In this document: one piece after another, positions 1 through 12,019 of the stretch
How the letters are laid out: each line of letters starts with the position of its first letter
Position numbering within the stretch: the stretch's first letter is position 1
Source of the DNA: the human T2T-CHM13v2.0 reference genome, Homo sapiens
Direction: 5' to 3' (one strand)
Assembly (NCBI RefSeq): GCF_009914755.1
Contig: NC_060940.1
DNA: 64,000 nucleotides
Position numbers and translations under genes: made by a program
Notes under the pieces: generated by a model
The model's input: the letters and a program-made list of their open reading frames with translations, nothing else
Databases searched by the model: none
Told to the model about the DNA's origin: nothing

Positions 1-49
1 ATTGTTCAACTCCTCCCCCGCCAAAAAAGCCATGACCACCAGATGTACA

Positions 50-475
50 TCTGATACCAGACCAGATCTTGTACTGCACGGGGGGAAATTCTATAAAGAA
101 CATTATTGGGTCAGTTGACAAAATGGAAACACAAATTATAGATTAGGTGGAATGCATCAAGGTTAATTTTACTAAAGTTGATGACTGTATTATGGCTGTG
201 TAAGAGTATATCTCTGTTATTAGGAAATCCCCATGGAAGTATTCAGGGGTATGTAATTAATTTGACTTATGTAACTTACCACCAAATGGTTTAAGAAGCA
301 AATTTGGGGTGTGTGTGTGTGTGACAGGCACAAATAATAAAGCAAAGCAATGGGATAAAATGTTAACAGTAGATAAATCTAGGTAAAGAGGACAGGGTGA
401 TCTTTGTACTATTCTTAACCTTTATAACTTTTCTGTAAATTTGAAGTTATTTCAAAACAGAAAGTGTAAAAAACC
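50..475 (+). mobile_element. Old L1 3' end fragment (L1MC/L1MD-like)
   Basis: Ends in tctttgtactattctt...acttttctgtaaatttgaagttatttcaaaa plus an A-rich tail, typical of L1MC-class 3' UTRs. Confidence 0.75.
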
Positions 476-779
476 AAAATACTGCTTCTTGTTTAGAATT
501 ACAATTTTTGTGTTAATTTAAAAAGAGGAGTATAGGGAACTTGATCAAATTTGAAGAAAAAAATAGGAAATACATTTAACAACCTAAAACTAACAGAAAT
601 AGAATAATTCTGGCCTGTAACAAGCAAGGGTGTTCTGTTGTTTGTTTGATGGTGGCTTTTGTTTTGTTTTATTTTCGAGTATTTGCACGGCTCTCAAGAT
701 TCTTTCTGAAAAGTGAGATTTCATCTTAAAGTATCACAAAAGTTTGGAAGATTATTAAATGCAGCATGCTTGATAACTC

Positions 780-1880
780 TACATGCTTCTGAACAAGGAG
801 GCTTCTTTGAAGTAGTTTAGCATTTCAGAGCATCACATGTTAATTGTATGCAAAGAAATAAAACACTTAAGCAAACTTCAATCTAAGGAGATTTGCATAA
901 AGGATTAAGACTCATTGGCCCTCCAAAATACTCCTCCAACAGAAAATGGGTGCGCTGTGCTCTCAGATCCCCCCAATTTCTTTGTGCTCTCATTGAAGTC
1001 CGATTTAATCCTGCTTTCTTCATTCGCACCTTCTCTCTAAACCTCCCAGGCCTGTGCTTTGAGAGCCAGGAATCATTCTCCTCCCAAATTGAAGGGGGTT
1101 TTCCTTTCATTAATTTCTCTAAGAAGATTACCCCGTGCTTGTTTGTTGTTGTTGAAGCAACTAATTTCCCTAAAGCTCTTTGTTTTTTCAACTGGTTTAC
1201 ACTTTAATGCCCTTGATTGAATTTCAACAACAAGGGATCAACTTGACCAACAAACTCTCTTTAGGAAGAAAACAAAAAGCGAGAACTTAGTGCAAACTAT
1301 TTTAACTGCAGGCCTGCTTTAAAAATATATATATTCAGCCATTTAGACAGTTTTCAAAGAGATGAGTCCTAATTAGCATATCATTCAGGCCTTGTTTCAT
1401 TCCTAAAGTCAAAGTGACCCTCACTGAAACTGAATTCCTCTAATTACTATAGCTGAAGTCACGGGAAAAGTAACACCCCGCAACATTCTGTCAGTATTGC
1501 AGATTTTTTAAAAATTTGGCTTATGTTTTCGTTCCCTCTCTCTCTCTCTCATTTTTGTTTTTCCTTCTAATATTTCTTGTCTTAAAAGTCTGAGGATAAA
1601 ACAGATGGCAGACCTTTCCCTAAGAACTTCACTGTATCTATACATTTTGAACGTTATCAAAAATTTTAGTATGATCTTGTTTGGAAATTCCTTTTTTTAC
1701 CAGGATAATTGTGTGGAAGTTAAGTGGTAACCTCCTTCATTCGGATTCACGGCCATTTTAAACACTTGCGCCAGTTAATTACCATAATTGGTTTGTTCAA
1801 TTAGCAGGAGGCGAACTGGCGCTTTCACACAGGGATGCCTCTATTTACTTGGAGATACCGTCACTGTCATGCACCCCAAG
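780..1880. promoter_or_regulatory. Candidate conserved non-coding/enhancer island
   Basis: Repeat-free. ATTTGCAT 891-898, GGATTA 902-907, TAATTA/TAATTG at 1369, 1441, 1776, 1785, CAATTA 1798. Inference from motifs only. Confidence 0.4.
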
Positions 1881-4167
1881 GACACTGGCCTGACTTTTGA
1901 GGGCTGAGGTTTGGCTTCAAGTCTCTGGGGAGTTTCCCCTGCCTTAAGCACCTTGAAGATTGACCCTTGAACTTTCTAAGCTGAAAATGCTATTGATATT
2001 CTGTACTTTGTCAGAAGAAAGGAGGCTGGCAGCAGGGGTGGGGGACAGGCAGAGGGCCTGGCTGTGGTGCCCGGTGGGAGGGTGGAGCTCAGCGTGGCAT
2101 CTCCTCTCAGATCGGGAGCCTCACCAAACGGAGAGGCAGAGCTCCTCTGGGCCACGTCCAAAAGCAGGATCTGGGAGGCCCCCACGCTGTTCTGTTGAAG
2201 GACTGTCAGCCCACATGTGATGATCTTCTTCCACTGGATGGCAAACTAATGGCCAAATAAATCCCAGGAGCAATTACTGAGTGCCTACTATGTGTAGAGT
2301 TAATCTACTAAATGGAGCATCCCCACTGGGAGAGGCTGTAAATAAGTGATTCAAATGGTTCAGGCACAAGACCCAGCATCAAACCCCACAATGGGGAAGA
2401 ATGGCAGAAAACATCACCAGAGAAGCCAGTGAAAAACATGCCATTCTTTCTCCTGTTAACTTTCATTTCATTGCAGGTAAAGACCTGCTAAGATGATTTT
2501 AAAATGTTGTGAGCCCTTGTTTCTGGATGGTGATGAATGTTAGACCAGGTTCCTGTTTAAAACGCTAGAAATGAACAGAGCAGTGGATTATTTTAAAGCA
2601 CCCCAACAAAAGGAATCCCACATTCCAAAGGTGAAATATCACAGATTCCCAATGGATGACGACTGGCTTACCATAAAATACTCCAAGGGGAAAGCAGGAG
2701 TGTTCAGAAATCCAAATGGCTGAAATGTAAACTGTGGACAGAGCATCTTCTTAGGTGTCAACAACACAGGGTCTGAAAATACATATATTTTTAAAATGCC
2801 TTTAAGATAAAGAGCTTCAAGGACCTTCTAGAATGATCTCAATCTGAAATCTATCTGTAATGATTTGGGTTATTAAACACATTGAGAACCTCCAGTTGAG
2901 GTAGCTTTTGTCTCTTTGGGTGGGACCTAAATCACACACTCATTTTTTTTTTTAGTTGTGTTTTAACATTTTATTTGTTGTTATTATTTCTTAAAAGAAA
3001 TCCACTGTTCTAATTTTGGCTGTAATGTGACTCAGATGAAGGTTCAAGGTGAACAATCACCTACTGTATATAATCATATAATTTAATGAAAGCGAACACA
3101 CTCAATCTTTTTCAAAATGTGCACTAGTGCCCAGCTATTGATCTTACATTTATCCAGGCATGTCTTCTTGTCCCAGTGTTTTAATAATCTAATTTTAAAA
3201 TAGGATTCGTCTCTGAGAATATCTGAGTTTGAGCCCCATGCTTCCTGCAACCTATAGTAATGTTGGACTAATAAAATCCAGAGGTAAACTGGCATATGCT
3301 TGCTTTAATGAGGAAGTGAGAGAGACTGAGGAATTATTATTTGACAATTATAACTTTAGGAAGAGTCTCTGTGTACTAGAGCTGTAGTAAATAATTAAAA
3401 GAAGTGTTGCAGTCCATTTTAATTAGATCTCAGTGCATTTTAAAATATATATGGGGAGGCCTGTGTAAACCAGTGACTGCACTGTGTGTGAGAACCAGAA
3501 ATGTCTCATTTGGCCAACAGAAGATACTGGTTCTAGGAATCCTACTATTTTTATCATTCAGTGCTGAATTACCAATTTCTAGAAGGGGATGGCCAAGGAA
3601 GGCAACATCCATCTTTACTTGTCTTCTCTAAGCCTCATCTCCCTTGTCAGCATCATGGCTGTCAGCTCCTTTCCCCCCTTCTATCTCAGCCAACATCAAA
3701 ATGCGCCTCTTTCTGGCATCATCATTGTTCTCAATTTGAGCAGACTCCATGTGAAAAGGAACGGCGAATAGGGCAGTGTTCGACATTACATCTTGAACCG
3801 GAATAAGCAAATAGGCAAGTTGAATCTTTGGGGTCAAGCTTTAAAGTCATGTTTCTGACCCAAGAAATCATTTTCGGTGACAGTTATGACAAATGCTGAA
3901 CACAGGCCCTGTATAAATACATCTGTGATTGTTGCAACAAAAATACTTGGGGTTATTGTCTACCCTGGGGCACCCCCACCAAGACACCTACTGCTTGCCA
4001 AACACATGTCTCCCTGGAAAAAGATGGTGAAAAGGACAGGCATGTTGAGTTTAAGTTTCTAATATGATGCTTAAGAGCATCAGTGCACCCTGCTTAATAG
4101 GGCTGCTAATTAGTTTGTGACACTTTCAGATTGTCCTAATATTGTTATTAGCAAAGGATAGTTGATG

Positions 4168-4385
4168 GCAAAAGTTCTCACACCCGAGAACACATTGGAA
4201 TAACCTTTAAAAATAATTCTTTATAAATAAATAATTTTTTAATCTGAAAAATAAAAAATAATTTCCCTGCCCAGCCACATCCATGACCAATTAAATGAGA
4301 ATTCCTGGGAATAGGACCCAGGCACCGGAGTATTTTTCAAACCCATCCTGAAGCCCCATTGACGTACCAGTGGATTTAGAGACAT
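4168..4385. mobile_element. MER5A-like hAT-Charlie MITE
   Basis: gttctca...cacattggaataacct...gaccaattaaatgagaattcctgggaataggacccaggcac resembles MER5A. Confidence 0.55.
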
Positions 4386-4779
4386 CTTGGCATAAGATGC
4401 TAGCAGAAACACTTTGAGTTTATAACTTCACATTTTGATGGCTACATTATAGTTCTCCAAAACCAAAATCATAATAATCAAAGATGTCAACATTTAATAG
4501 CCTGATTACACAAATACTGTTGGTGACCTGACGTATTTGCTCAAGAGCCTCTGGCTTCTCCAACAGAGTGCATCTGTGTTGCTTAGAATGGAAGCCCCTC
4601 TCCCCTCCTTCCATCTATTGAATTTGCAGAGAGGGCCGCCCTTTATCTCATATTTAAAACACAAGCAATATCTGAAATTCATTTTCAATTTATTTTCCAA
4701 TCATATGAAAGGAAGGGGGAGAAAGATGATTCTATCGAATCTTCTCCTGGCTGGTAAAAGGTTGGTAAGGCTGGCTCTG

Positions 4780-5020
4780 GATGCGTGGCGGAGAGCTCCC
4801 GGGATAGTCTACGGGGAGCAGAGTTAATCGAATAAACTAATCTTCGCTGTGGAGATTAACTCTCAGTAGCTGCAGGAAACCGGGCAAGGGAGAATGCAAA
4901 TAGCAGAGACCTCAAGGTGCTGGAGGAGTTAGGAATCTCCCCTCCCTCACTCTAACGCTGCCGCCGCCGCACCCCGCCACCTCCCCCCCTCCCCACCCCC
5001 GCCGCCCACCCGCCCTCAGG
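4780..5020. promoter_or_regulatory. Small GC/CpG-rich candidate regulatory element with a C-run tract
   Basis: Three TAATC cores at 4825-4858, octamer ATGCAAAT 4894-4901, GC-box/C-run tract 4958-5016. Confidence 0.4.
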
Positions 5021-5779
5021 TTTTAAATTTGGAAGATATTGTGGAAATGGACAAACTCGCCTTTGCCTGCTGACCAGAGCCCAGCCCCAGGCATGAAACT
5101 GAGAAAGTGAGCAGTTGCAAGGACGTGACGCTTTCTTGGGCTTTCCTGAAGGGCCAGGACTGAAGGGAGACGCGATCTTGTCCAGCTGAGGGGAGCTCAC
5201 AGTGTGTGCGCGATGGAGGGAAATACTCCCTGGAGGTGAAGATGTGGTTCAAAGCTGCACCTGATGTGGCTTTAAGAGCAGTTCCTTTCAAACAGCCTTT
5301 GATTCCCTTTTGACAAGGGGGGCAGGCGGTGTTATGGGGGTGCAAGCAATTGTGTCAAAACACAGCTCCAAGAAGAAACATGCTCTCAGCTTTCTCGGTG
5401 ATTTAGGAGAAAGCCTCAGCCTGGAGGGTGGGAGAGGGTGTCTATGAGGATTGTTTAGGTCTGGAGAGGGATTCCTGCCCCCTGGGAGGGCTGTCTCCCT
5501 GTTTGCTCAGTTCTTGGGGAATCAGTCTGAATGCTGGTCCCCTGGGATCTGCTGGCTCCTGCAACCCCCAACTCCAGGAGCAGGGGCTCCAAGCCCCTCA
5601 CCCTGACAGCAGAGGCAGTGAGAAGTGACAGCAAGGTCCCTGGAGGGGCTGTCTAGGCTCTCTGGTGAGCTGACACCTCCCTCCCCTTAATGCTTAGTCA
5701 GTCAGAGCTAATTTTTATATTCTTCAAATAAAATTAAGGTAAGCACAAAGATGAGAACACCTCACATCTCTCAAATTGA

Positions 5780-6015
5780 CCACTTCTCCCTACCTCTCCC
5801 AATGCCAGCCCAGCCTTGGCTCCTGATCTCTCATCTGAACACCTTCAAGGGGCTCAGCAGTGGGTGTCACTCCTGATTTCACTCTTGACCTCCTCCATCT
5901 ATTCTCTACCAGCAGTCAGTGGAATCTTGTCGCAAGATGCAGATGAGGGTGTGTGCTTCTACTTAGCTCCTCTTGCTCTTAAGAGAATGCCTGGGGCCTT
6001 TAATAAATGCTTTGT
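5780..6015 (+). mobile_element. L2 fragments
   Basis: ccacttctccc...ccatctattctctaccagcagtcagtggaatctt and a 3'-end-like gaatgcctgg...taataaatgc. Confidence 0.55.
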
Positions 6016-6039
6016 GCTTGGGCAGTAGACAGATGGTTA

Positions 6040-6240
6040 GAAGGGGCACCTGTGGATGCCAGGCAGCTGGCTTCAAACTCCAGCTTTGCCAATGACTGGC
6101 TGTGTGACGTGGGCAGGTCCTAGCAACCCTCTCCTCTGCGTCATCTATCAATTGGGAGGAAGATGCTCGAACTGACCATGTGGCTTGTTGAGAGGCCTGG
6201 GCGGCCGACCTGAGTGAGTGTGTGAGTGAGCAGCACTCAG
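6040..6240 (+). mobile_element. MIR
   Basis: ttcaaactccagctttgccaatgactggctgtgtgacgtgggcagg...tcatct core. Confidence 0.65.
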
Positions 6241-6769
6241 CCTATCTTCTCTTGTTATCCTCTGGCGTCTTCTCCTGCTGCCTCCTCTAGCTTCCTGTTT
6301 TTCAGCTATGCCAAGTCTCTCTCCGCTCCTCCAGGCTCGCTCCTATGGCAGGGTCTTCGCACCCGCTGTTTCCTCCTCCATGCCTTGCCCCTTCCCCCAG
6401 TTACAGAAGGGACCGTGAAGTCCCCTTGGCTTCCCCATCAACAGCCCTGATTGATGCTTAAATAAGAACAGATTCTTCTCTGCCCCCAAATAAAGAGTGA
6501 CTCTCTCCCTACCCAGAGTCTCTGAACCCACCATCTGTGGACTTGGCTAAACCTGTGCCAAGGATCATGGCAGGCTGACAGCAGGTCGTCTCTGGAGAGG
6601 AACCTGGGAAGTATCAACATCTCCAGAGGAGCAGGGCTCTCGGAGGGGGAAAGGGCCTCACGTGGAGGTGGCAGAAACACTTGCGGCCTTAGGATCCAAC
6701 CCAGGACACCCACCTTTGGCTGTGTGAGTACTAACCTCTGCCCCCGGGGAATGCCTGTGCGTGCTGAGC

Positions 6770-6977
6770 CTTGGTCTGTGTGCTCCATATGCGGATGACC
6801 CTCATTTATACTCAGAAGAACTTTACAAAGAGGTATTATTATCTTTATTTATTTTTTTTTATAGGCAGAGAACGAAAGGACTCAGCGAGTCTAAATGACT
6901 TGCCTAAAGTCACACAGCAGAGCTGGGACTTGAACCCAGGTGTTCCTGATGGAGCCCGTGATCTCTAACACTGCTCT
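6770..6977 (-). mobile_element. MIR
   Basis: aaatgacttgcctaaagtcacacagc...gggacttgaacccagg. Confidence 0.75.
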
Positions 6978-7179
6978 GTATTCATACTTATGCTAGAAAA
7001 TGGTCTTGCTACGATGGCCCACCCCTCGTGACTGAACTGGGAGACTCAGAATTAAATGCAACATTTTGTCTTTTAATCACAGAAACTTTCAGTTCTCAGT
7101 GTCTCAGGGGAAAAAAAAAAACCCAACGTTGTTTTCAAGTTTTCACTGCAGCTTCTCTTGTAAGTCTTAACTCAGATGA

Positions 7180-7430
7180 TGGTTCTTCTAGAAAATTGTC
7201 TTGGGATCCCCCAGGGCAGGGCAAACCTGTGTCATCCCTGTTTCCAGAGCATTTAAGCTGCCCCTCTTTGACCATGCTTCCCCCATTCCAATATGGGACA
7301 TAAACTTCCCACTACCCTGAGCCCCCTGATGGTAGGAACTGCTTTGTTTCAAACTTGTGCCTCCTGGTTCTCCCTCCTCTTATCACTGAAGTGCTGGGTA
7401 CATGGAAAGTGCTTCATACATGCTTGAGAC
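7180..7430 (+). mobile_element. L2 3' end fragment
   Basis: ctgagccccctgatggtaggaactg...gtgctgggtacatggaaagtgcttcatacatgcttg. Confidence 0.55.
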
Positions 7431-8229
7431 TCCAAATCAGGTTGTTGGGTAACCTTCTTCACATCTCCACAGCAAGCTCCCAGCTGCCAACCTAGTAAGT
7501 ATGCCCTTCATAGCCACAAACTCAGATGTATGCAAATAGGCCATTATTCTCTATGTCTCAGCTAAACTTTGCTCTCCAGCACAGATTCTATCCAAGAACA
7601 GAAAACTTGATTCAGTAAACAGAGATCACTCTTGTCTTGATTTTTTCCCCTGTAGTCCCTTTTGAGTAAATAATCCAGGCAAATTCAGGGTGTCCCCTTC
7701 CTCCTCTTCTCCCCTCCTTGCCAAGGTTGATTTAAGTTCTGGGGGCCAGGGGCAATCACTCAGGCATCCAGAAAAGGCTTCTGGTCCATCCTTATCAGTG
7801 GTTGTCCTTGCTTGGTTCTTCCGTTGGCCATGGGTCATTGACAGCCAGGCCTGCTGTCTCCATGGAGATGAGCCTGTCTCACCATGGCCTGCACACGGAG
7901 ATGTGGCAGCCATTTAAATGGTGCTGGCAATCCTGATCTCTCCAAGAATGTATGCTTGAGAGTGGGTATGAGATAGGAGACAGAAATCTATTTTTTACCT
8001 AGTGGTTCTTTTGTTTTTGCATATTTTCAAAAATATGACATGTATTTTTTTATATAGCTTTTCCTGTCAATGCAAAGCAACTGCTTCATCTGATGCTCAA
8101 CCCAAATGTTCAATGAAGTTTTTAATATTCTTCGTGAATTGGAAACTTCTCTAAGCTTCCAGTCTATTATTACCTGCCCCTGCTCAGCTTCTTCGCAATA
8201 AGGCTTTAGTCCCACTACTCTCTTGAAGT

Positions 8230-8420
8230 TTACAATATTGAGTACTTAGAGTGGGTCAGGCCCTGTGTAGGGTACTGAACGTACAATCATTGGATTCTCA
8301 ACAACCCTATGAAGAAAGTTCAAATCATTATCCCTCTAACTTACAGATGAGAATCACTGAGGGAGGTTACGTATTAGTATCCAAGGCCCACAGTTGGTAA
8401 GTGACTTAATAGAGGTTAAC
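8230..8420 (-). mobile_element. MIR
   Basis: ctcaacaaccctatgaag...ttacagatgagaatcactgagg. Confidence 0.7.
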
Positions 8421-8449
8421 TATTACTTCTCAACAGTGAAGAGCATGCT

Positions 8450-9490
8450 GGCAGCTCAAACACAATGTGTCCAAAGCCTACACCAAAGTTCTCCAGAGCA
8501 TCTCTTCTGCATAAAACAGTTATTTGAGTGGTGTATTAATCCATTCTCATGCTATTAATAAAGACATACCTGAGACTGGGTAATTTATAAAGGAAGGAGA
8601 TTTAATGGACTCACAGTTCCACACAGCTAGGGAGCCTACACAATCATGGCAGAAGGTGAAGGAGGAGCAAAGGCACATCTTACATGGTGGCAGGCAAGAG
8701 AGAGTGTGCAGGGGATCTGCCCTTTATAAAATCATCAGATCTCTTGAGACTTATTCACTATCACGAGAACAGCACAGGAAAACTTGCCCCCATGATGCAA
8801 TTACTTCCTACTGGGTCCTCCCACAGTACATGGGGATTATGGGAGCTATAGTTTGAGATGAGATTTGAGTGGGGACACAGCCAAACCATATAAAGTGGCA
8901 TCATGAACTTCCCACAGACTCAGATAGAAACAATGGCATCCTTTGTGGCTTTACCTGTATTTACTTCGAGTACAAGTCTCCATTCTATTTTCACTTCAAC
9001 AAACCTGCTAACCAGCCCCCTGCCTGATTCATATTAGATCATCAGGACATAGGAAAGTAGCTGGCACATAGTAGGGGTGCCCTAATTATCTATTGAACAG
9101 ATGCAGCACCCTGACCTCTCCATTCTATGTGCTGCTGCCTGATTAATTCTCCCAAAGCACAGTTCTGAGTATGACTCCTTTGCTGAAACCCCTTTGGTGG
9201 TCTTCATTGTCCCACAGAATGAATCCTTTGCCTTTCCCTCTGGCATTTCTTGAACCTGCAGTCCATCTTGAACCTATCGTTTCAGCCTCCTCACTCACTC
9301 TACTGCTGCACAAACCCAGCCTCCACTCATAGCCATTTCTTTAAGAGCCTCCAAACTGCCCCTTCTTGGCCAAGCTACTCCTACCGCCTGGAATTTTTGC
9401 CCTGCCTACCCCATTTTCCCTAAGGAAGGGGCCCTAAAATCTTCAAATACTGCCTCCTTGAGTCAGCTTTCCCTGATCTCCCTCTGGAGA
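8450..9490 (+). mobile_element. L2 fragments flanking and following THE1B
   Basis: ctcaaacacaatgtgtccaaa...; aaagcacagttctgagtatgactcctttgctgaaacccctttggtggtcttcattg. Confidence 0.55.
8532..8893 (-). mobile_element. THE1B solo LTR (ERVL-MaLR) with 5-bp TSD AGTGG
   Basis: Full-length match to the recalled THE1B consensus (tgtattaatccattctcatgct...gggacacagccaaaccata). agtgg at 8527-8531 and 8894-8898. Inserted in an L2 fragment. Confidence 0.9.
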
Positions 9491-9524
9491 CCTGTGACAT
9501 GCTGATGTCCTCTTCTGTGTTTCA

Positions 9525-9755
9525 GTAGTTAAGGGCTCCAGCACTGGTGTCCAAGAGTCCTGGGTGCAAGTCCTGGGTCTGCCTTCTTGGCTTTATAACT
9601 TTAGTCAAGTCATTGAAGATATTTGGGAACAGAAAAATGAAGATAATTCTCATAGAATTACTTGGCAATTTAAGAGAGATAATGCTTTTGAAGGGCTTAG
9701 CACTGTGCTGGGTGCCTAATGAATTGCAACTTACTGATTTCTCCTATTACTATTA
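9525..9755 (+). mobile_element. MIR
   Basis: gtagttaagggctcca...ctgggtgcaagtcctgg...gcttagcactgtgctggg. Confidence 0.7.
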
Positions 9756-9910
9756 TCATCAGGATATCTTGTCTTCTCTCTCCCATTAGACCAGTGGCTC
9801 TCAAATTTGACACCAGAATCCCGAGGGAGCTCTTAAAAATTAGAAGCTCAGGATGTATGCTTGGGGATTCTGATTTAATTGGTCTGGGACATGGCTCCTG
9901 CATTAGTATT

Positions 9911-12019
9911 ATTTATTTATTTATTTTATTATGGCAAAATATAATGTTTATCATATTAATCCTTTGTAAGTATAAAATTCAGTGGCATTAAACACACTGT
10001 TGTGCAACCATCACCATTATCTATACCCAAGACTTTCTCATCATCCCCAGCAAAAACTCTGTACCCATTAGATAATAACTCTCTCTTCCTTCTCTACCCG
10101 CCCCTTGGTAACCTCTATTCTACTTTCTGTCTCTATGAATTTGTCTATTCTAGGCACAGAGTATAAGTGGAATCATACAATATCTGTCCTTCTATTTCTG
10201 GTTTATTTCACTAAGCATAATGATTTCAGGGTACAACCATGTTGCAGTATATATAAGAATTTCTTTATTTTTTATGGCTGAATAATATTCCATTGTATGT
10301 ATATACCACATTTTGTTTATCCATTCATCTGTTGACAGACATTTGGATTGTTTCCCCTTTTGGTTATTGTGAATAATACTGCTATGAACGTTGGTGTATA
10401 AATATTTTCTCCAGTTTCTGCTTTCAATTCTTTTGGGTATATACCTAGGAGTAGGACTGCTGGGTTATATGGTAGTTCTGCATTTAACCTTTTGAGAAAT
10501 GATCAAACTGTTCTCCACAGCAGCAACACCATTTTACATTCTTACTAATAATCCATGAGGGTTCCAATTGTTCCACATCCTCATCAACACTTGTTATATT
10601 CTACAGGTCATTTCTTTTAAATTGTAGCCATCCTAGCAGATGTGAAATGGTATTTCATTGTGGTTTTGATTTGCATTTCCCTAATGACTAATGATGTTTA
10701 TCGATTTTCTGTGTGCTTATTGTCCATTTGTGTATCTTCTTTAAAGAAAAGTGTATTCAAATTCTTCACCCATTTTTAGGTTGTGTTTACAATCTTGTTG
10801 AGTTGTAGCAGTTTTTTTTTTTTTTTGTATATTCTGGATATTAATCCCTTATCAGATATATCATTTGCAAATATTTTCTCCCATGCAGTAGGTTATGTTA
10901 TTGTTTCCTTGATGGAATCCTTCAGTGCATAAAAGTTCTTAATTTTGATGAAGTCCAATTTATCTGGTTTTTATTTATTTTGTTGCCTATGTTTTTGGTG
11001 TCATATTCATTAAGTCATCGCCAAATCCACTTCACTTTCTCCAGTGTTTTCCTCTAAAAGTATAGTTTTACCGATTAAGCTGAAGCCTTTGATTGTTTTG
11101 AGTTAATTTTTATGCCTTAAGTGGTGTAAGGGTCCAACTTCATTCTTCTGCATGGTGGATATCACTTCCCCAACATCATTTGTTGAAAAGACTATTTTTT
11201 TCTCATTAATTGGTCTAGGTACCCTTGTCAAAAATTAATTGACCATATATGTGATGGTTTATTTCTTGGCTATTTATTTTTATTTTTATTTTTTTTTTAG
11301 AAACAGGGTTTTGCTCTGTCATCCAGGCTAGAGTACAGCAGTGTGAGCATAGCTCACTGCATCTTCATCCTCCTCCACTCAAGTAATCCTCTTACTTCAG
11401 CCTCCTGAGTAGCTAGGACTACAAACATGCACCACCATGACTGGCTAATTTTTTTATTTTTATTTTTGTAGAGAGGAATCTTGCTAGGTTGCCCAGGCTG
11501 GTCTCAAACTCCTGGCCTCAAACAATCCTCCTGCCTTGGCCCCCCAAAGTGCTAAAATTACAGGTTTGAGCCACCACACCTGGCTTTGTCTCTCTATTAT
11601 ATTCCACTGGTCTATATGGTTGTCCTTATGTCAGTACCATATTGTTTTTATTATTGTACCTTTGTAATATGTTTCAAAGTTGGATAGTCTGAGACTTCCA
11701 ACTTTATTCTTTTTCAAGATTAAGTAGTTTGAGACCCCTTGCAGTCTCATATAAATTTAAAGATTGGCTTTTCCATTTCTGCAAAAAAGGTTATTGGAAT
11801 TTTGATAGGGATTGCACTGAATATACAGATTGCATTACAGCAATGTTACATCTTTCTACCCATGAACAAGGGATATCTTTTCATTTATTTAGATCTCTAC
11901 CTTATTACAGCAATTTTTGTAGTTTTTGGTGTACAAGTCCTTTATCTTCTTGGTTAGATTTATTTCTAAGTATTTTTTTAGGTGTTAATGGAAATAAAAT
12001 TGCTTTTCTAATTTTTTAA
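9911..12019 (-). mobile_element. 5'-truncated L1MB3/L1MB4-like LINE with TSD ATTAGTATT
   Basis: Reverse 3' UTR (agtggcattaaac...tgtgcaaccatcacc...ctctgtacccatta) and ORF2 C-terminal sequence. attagtatt at 9902-9910 and 12020-12028. Confidence 0.85.
11271..11585 (-). mobile_element. AluJ inserted in L1MB
   Basis: Diverged dimeric Alu with J-type features (atagctcactgca, ctcaagtaatcctc, ctcaaacaatcctcc). Confidence 0.9.

Noticed and set aside
7910-7921. 12-bp palindrome CCATTTAAATGG resembling a CArG box
   Set aside because: Has 8 rather than 6 A/T bases between CC and GG. Palindromes of this size are expected many times in 64 kb
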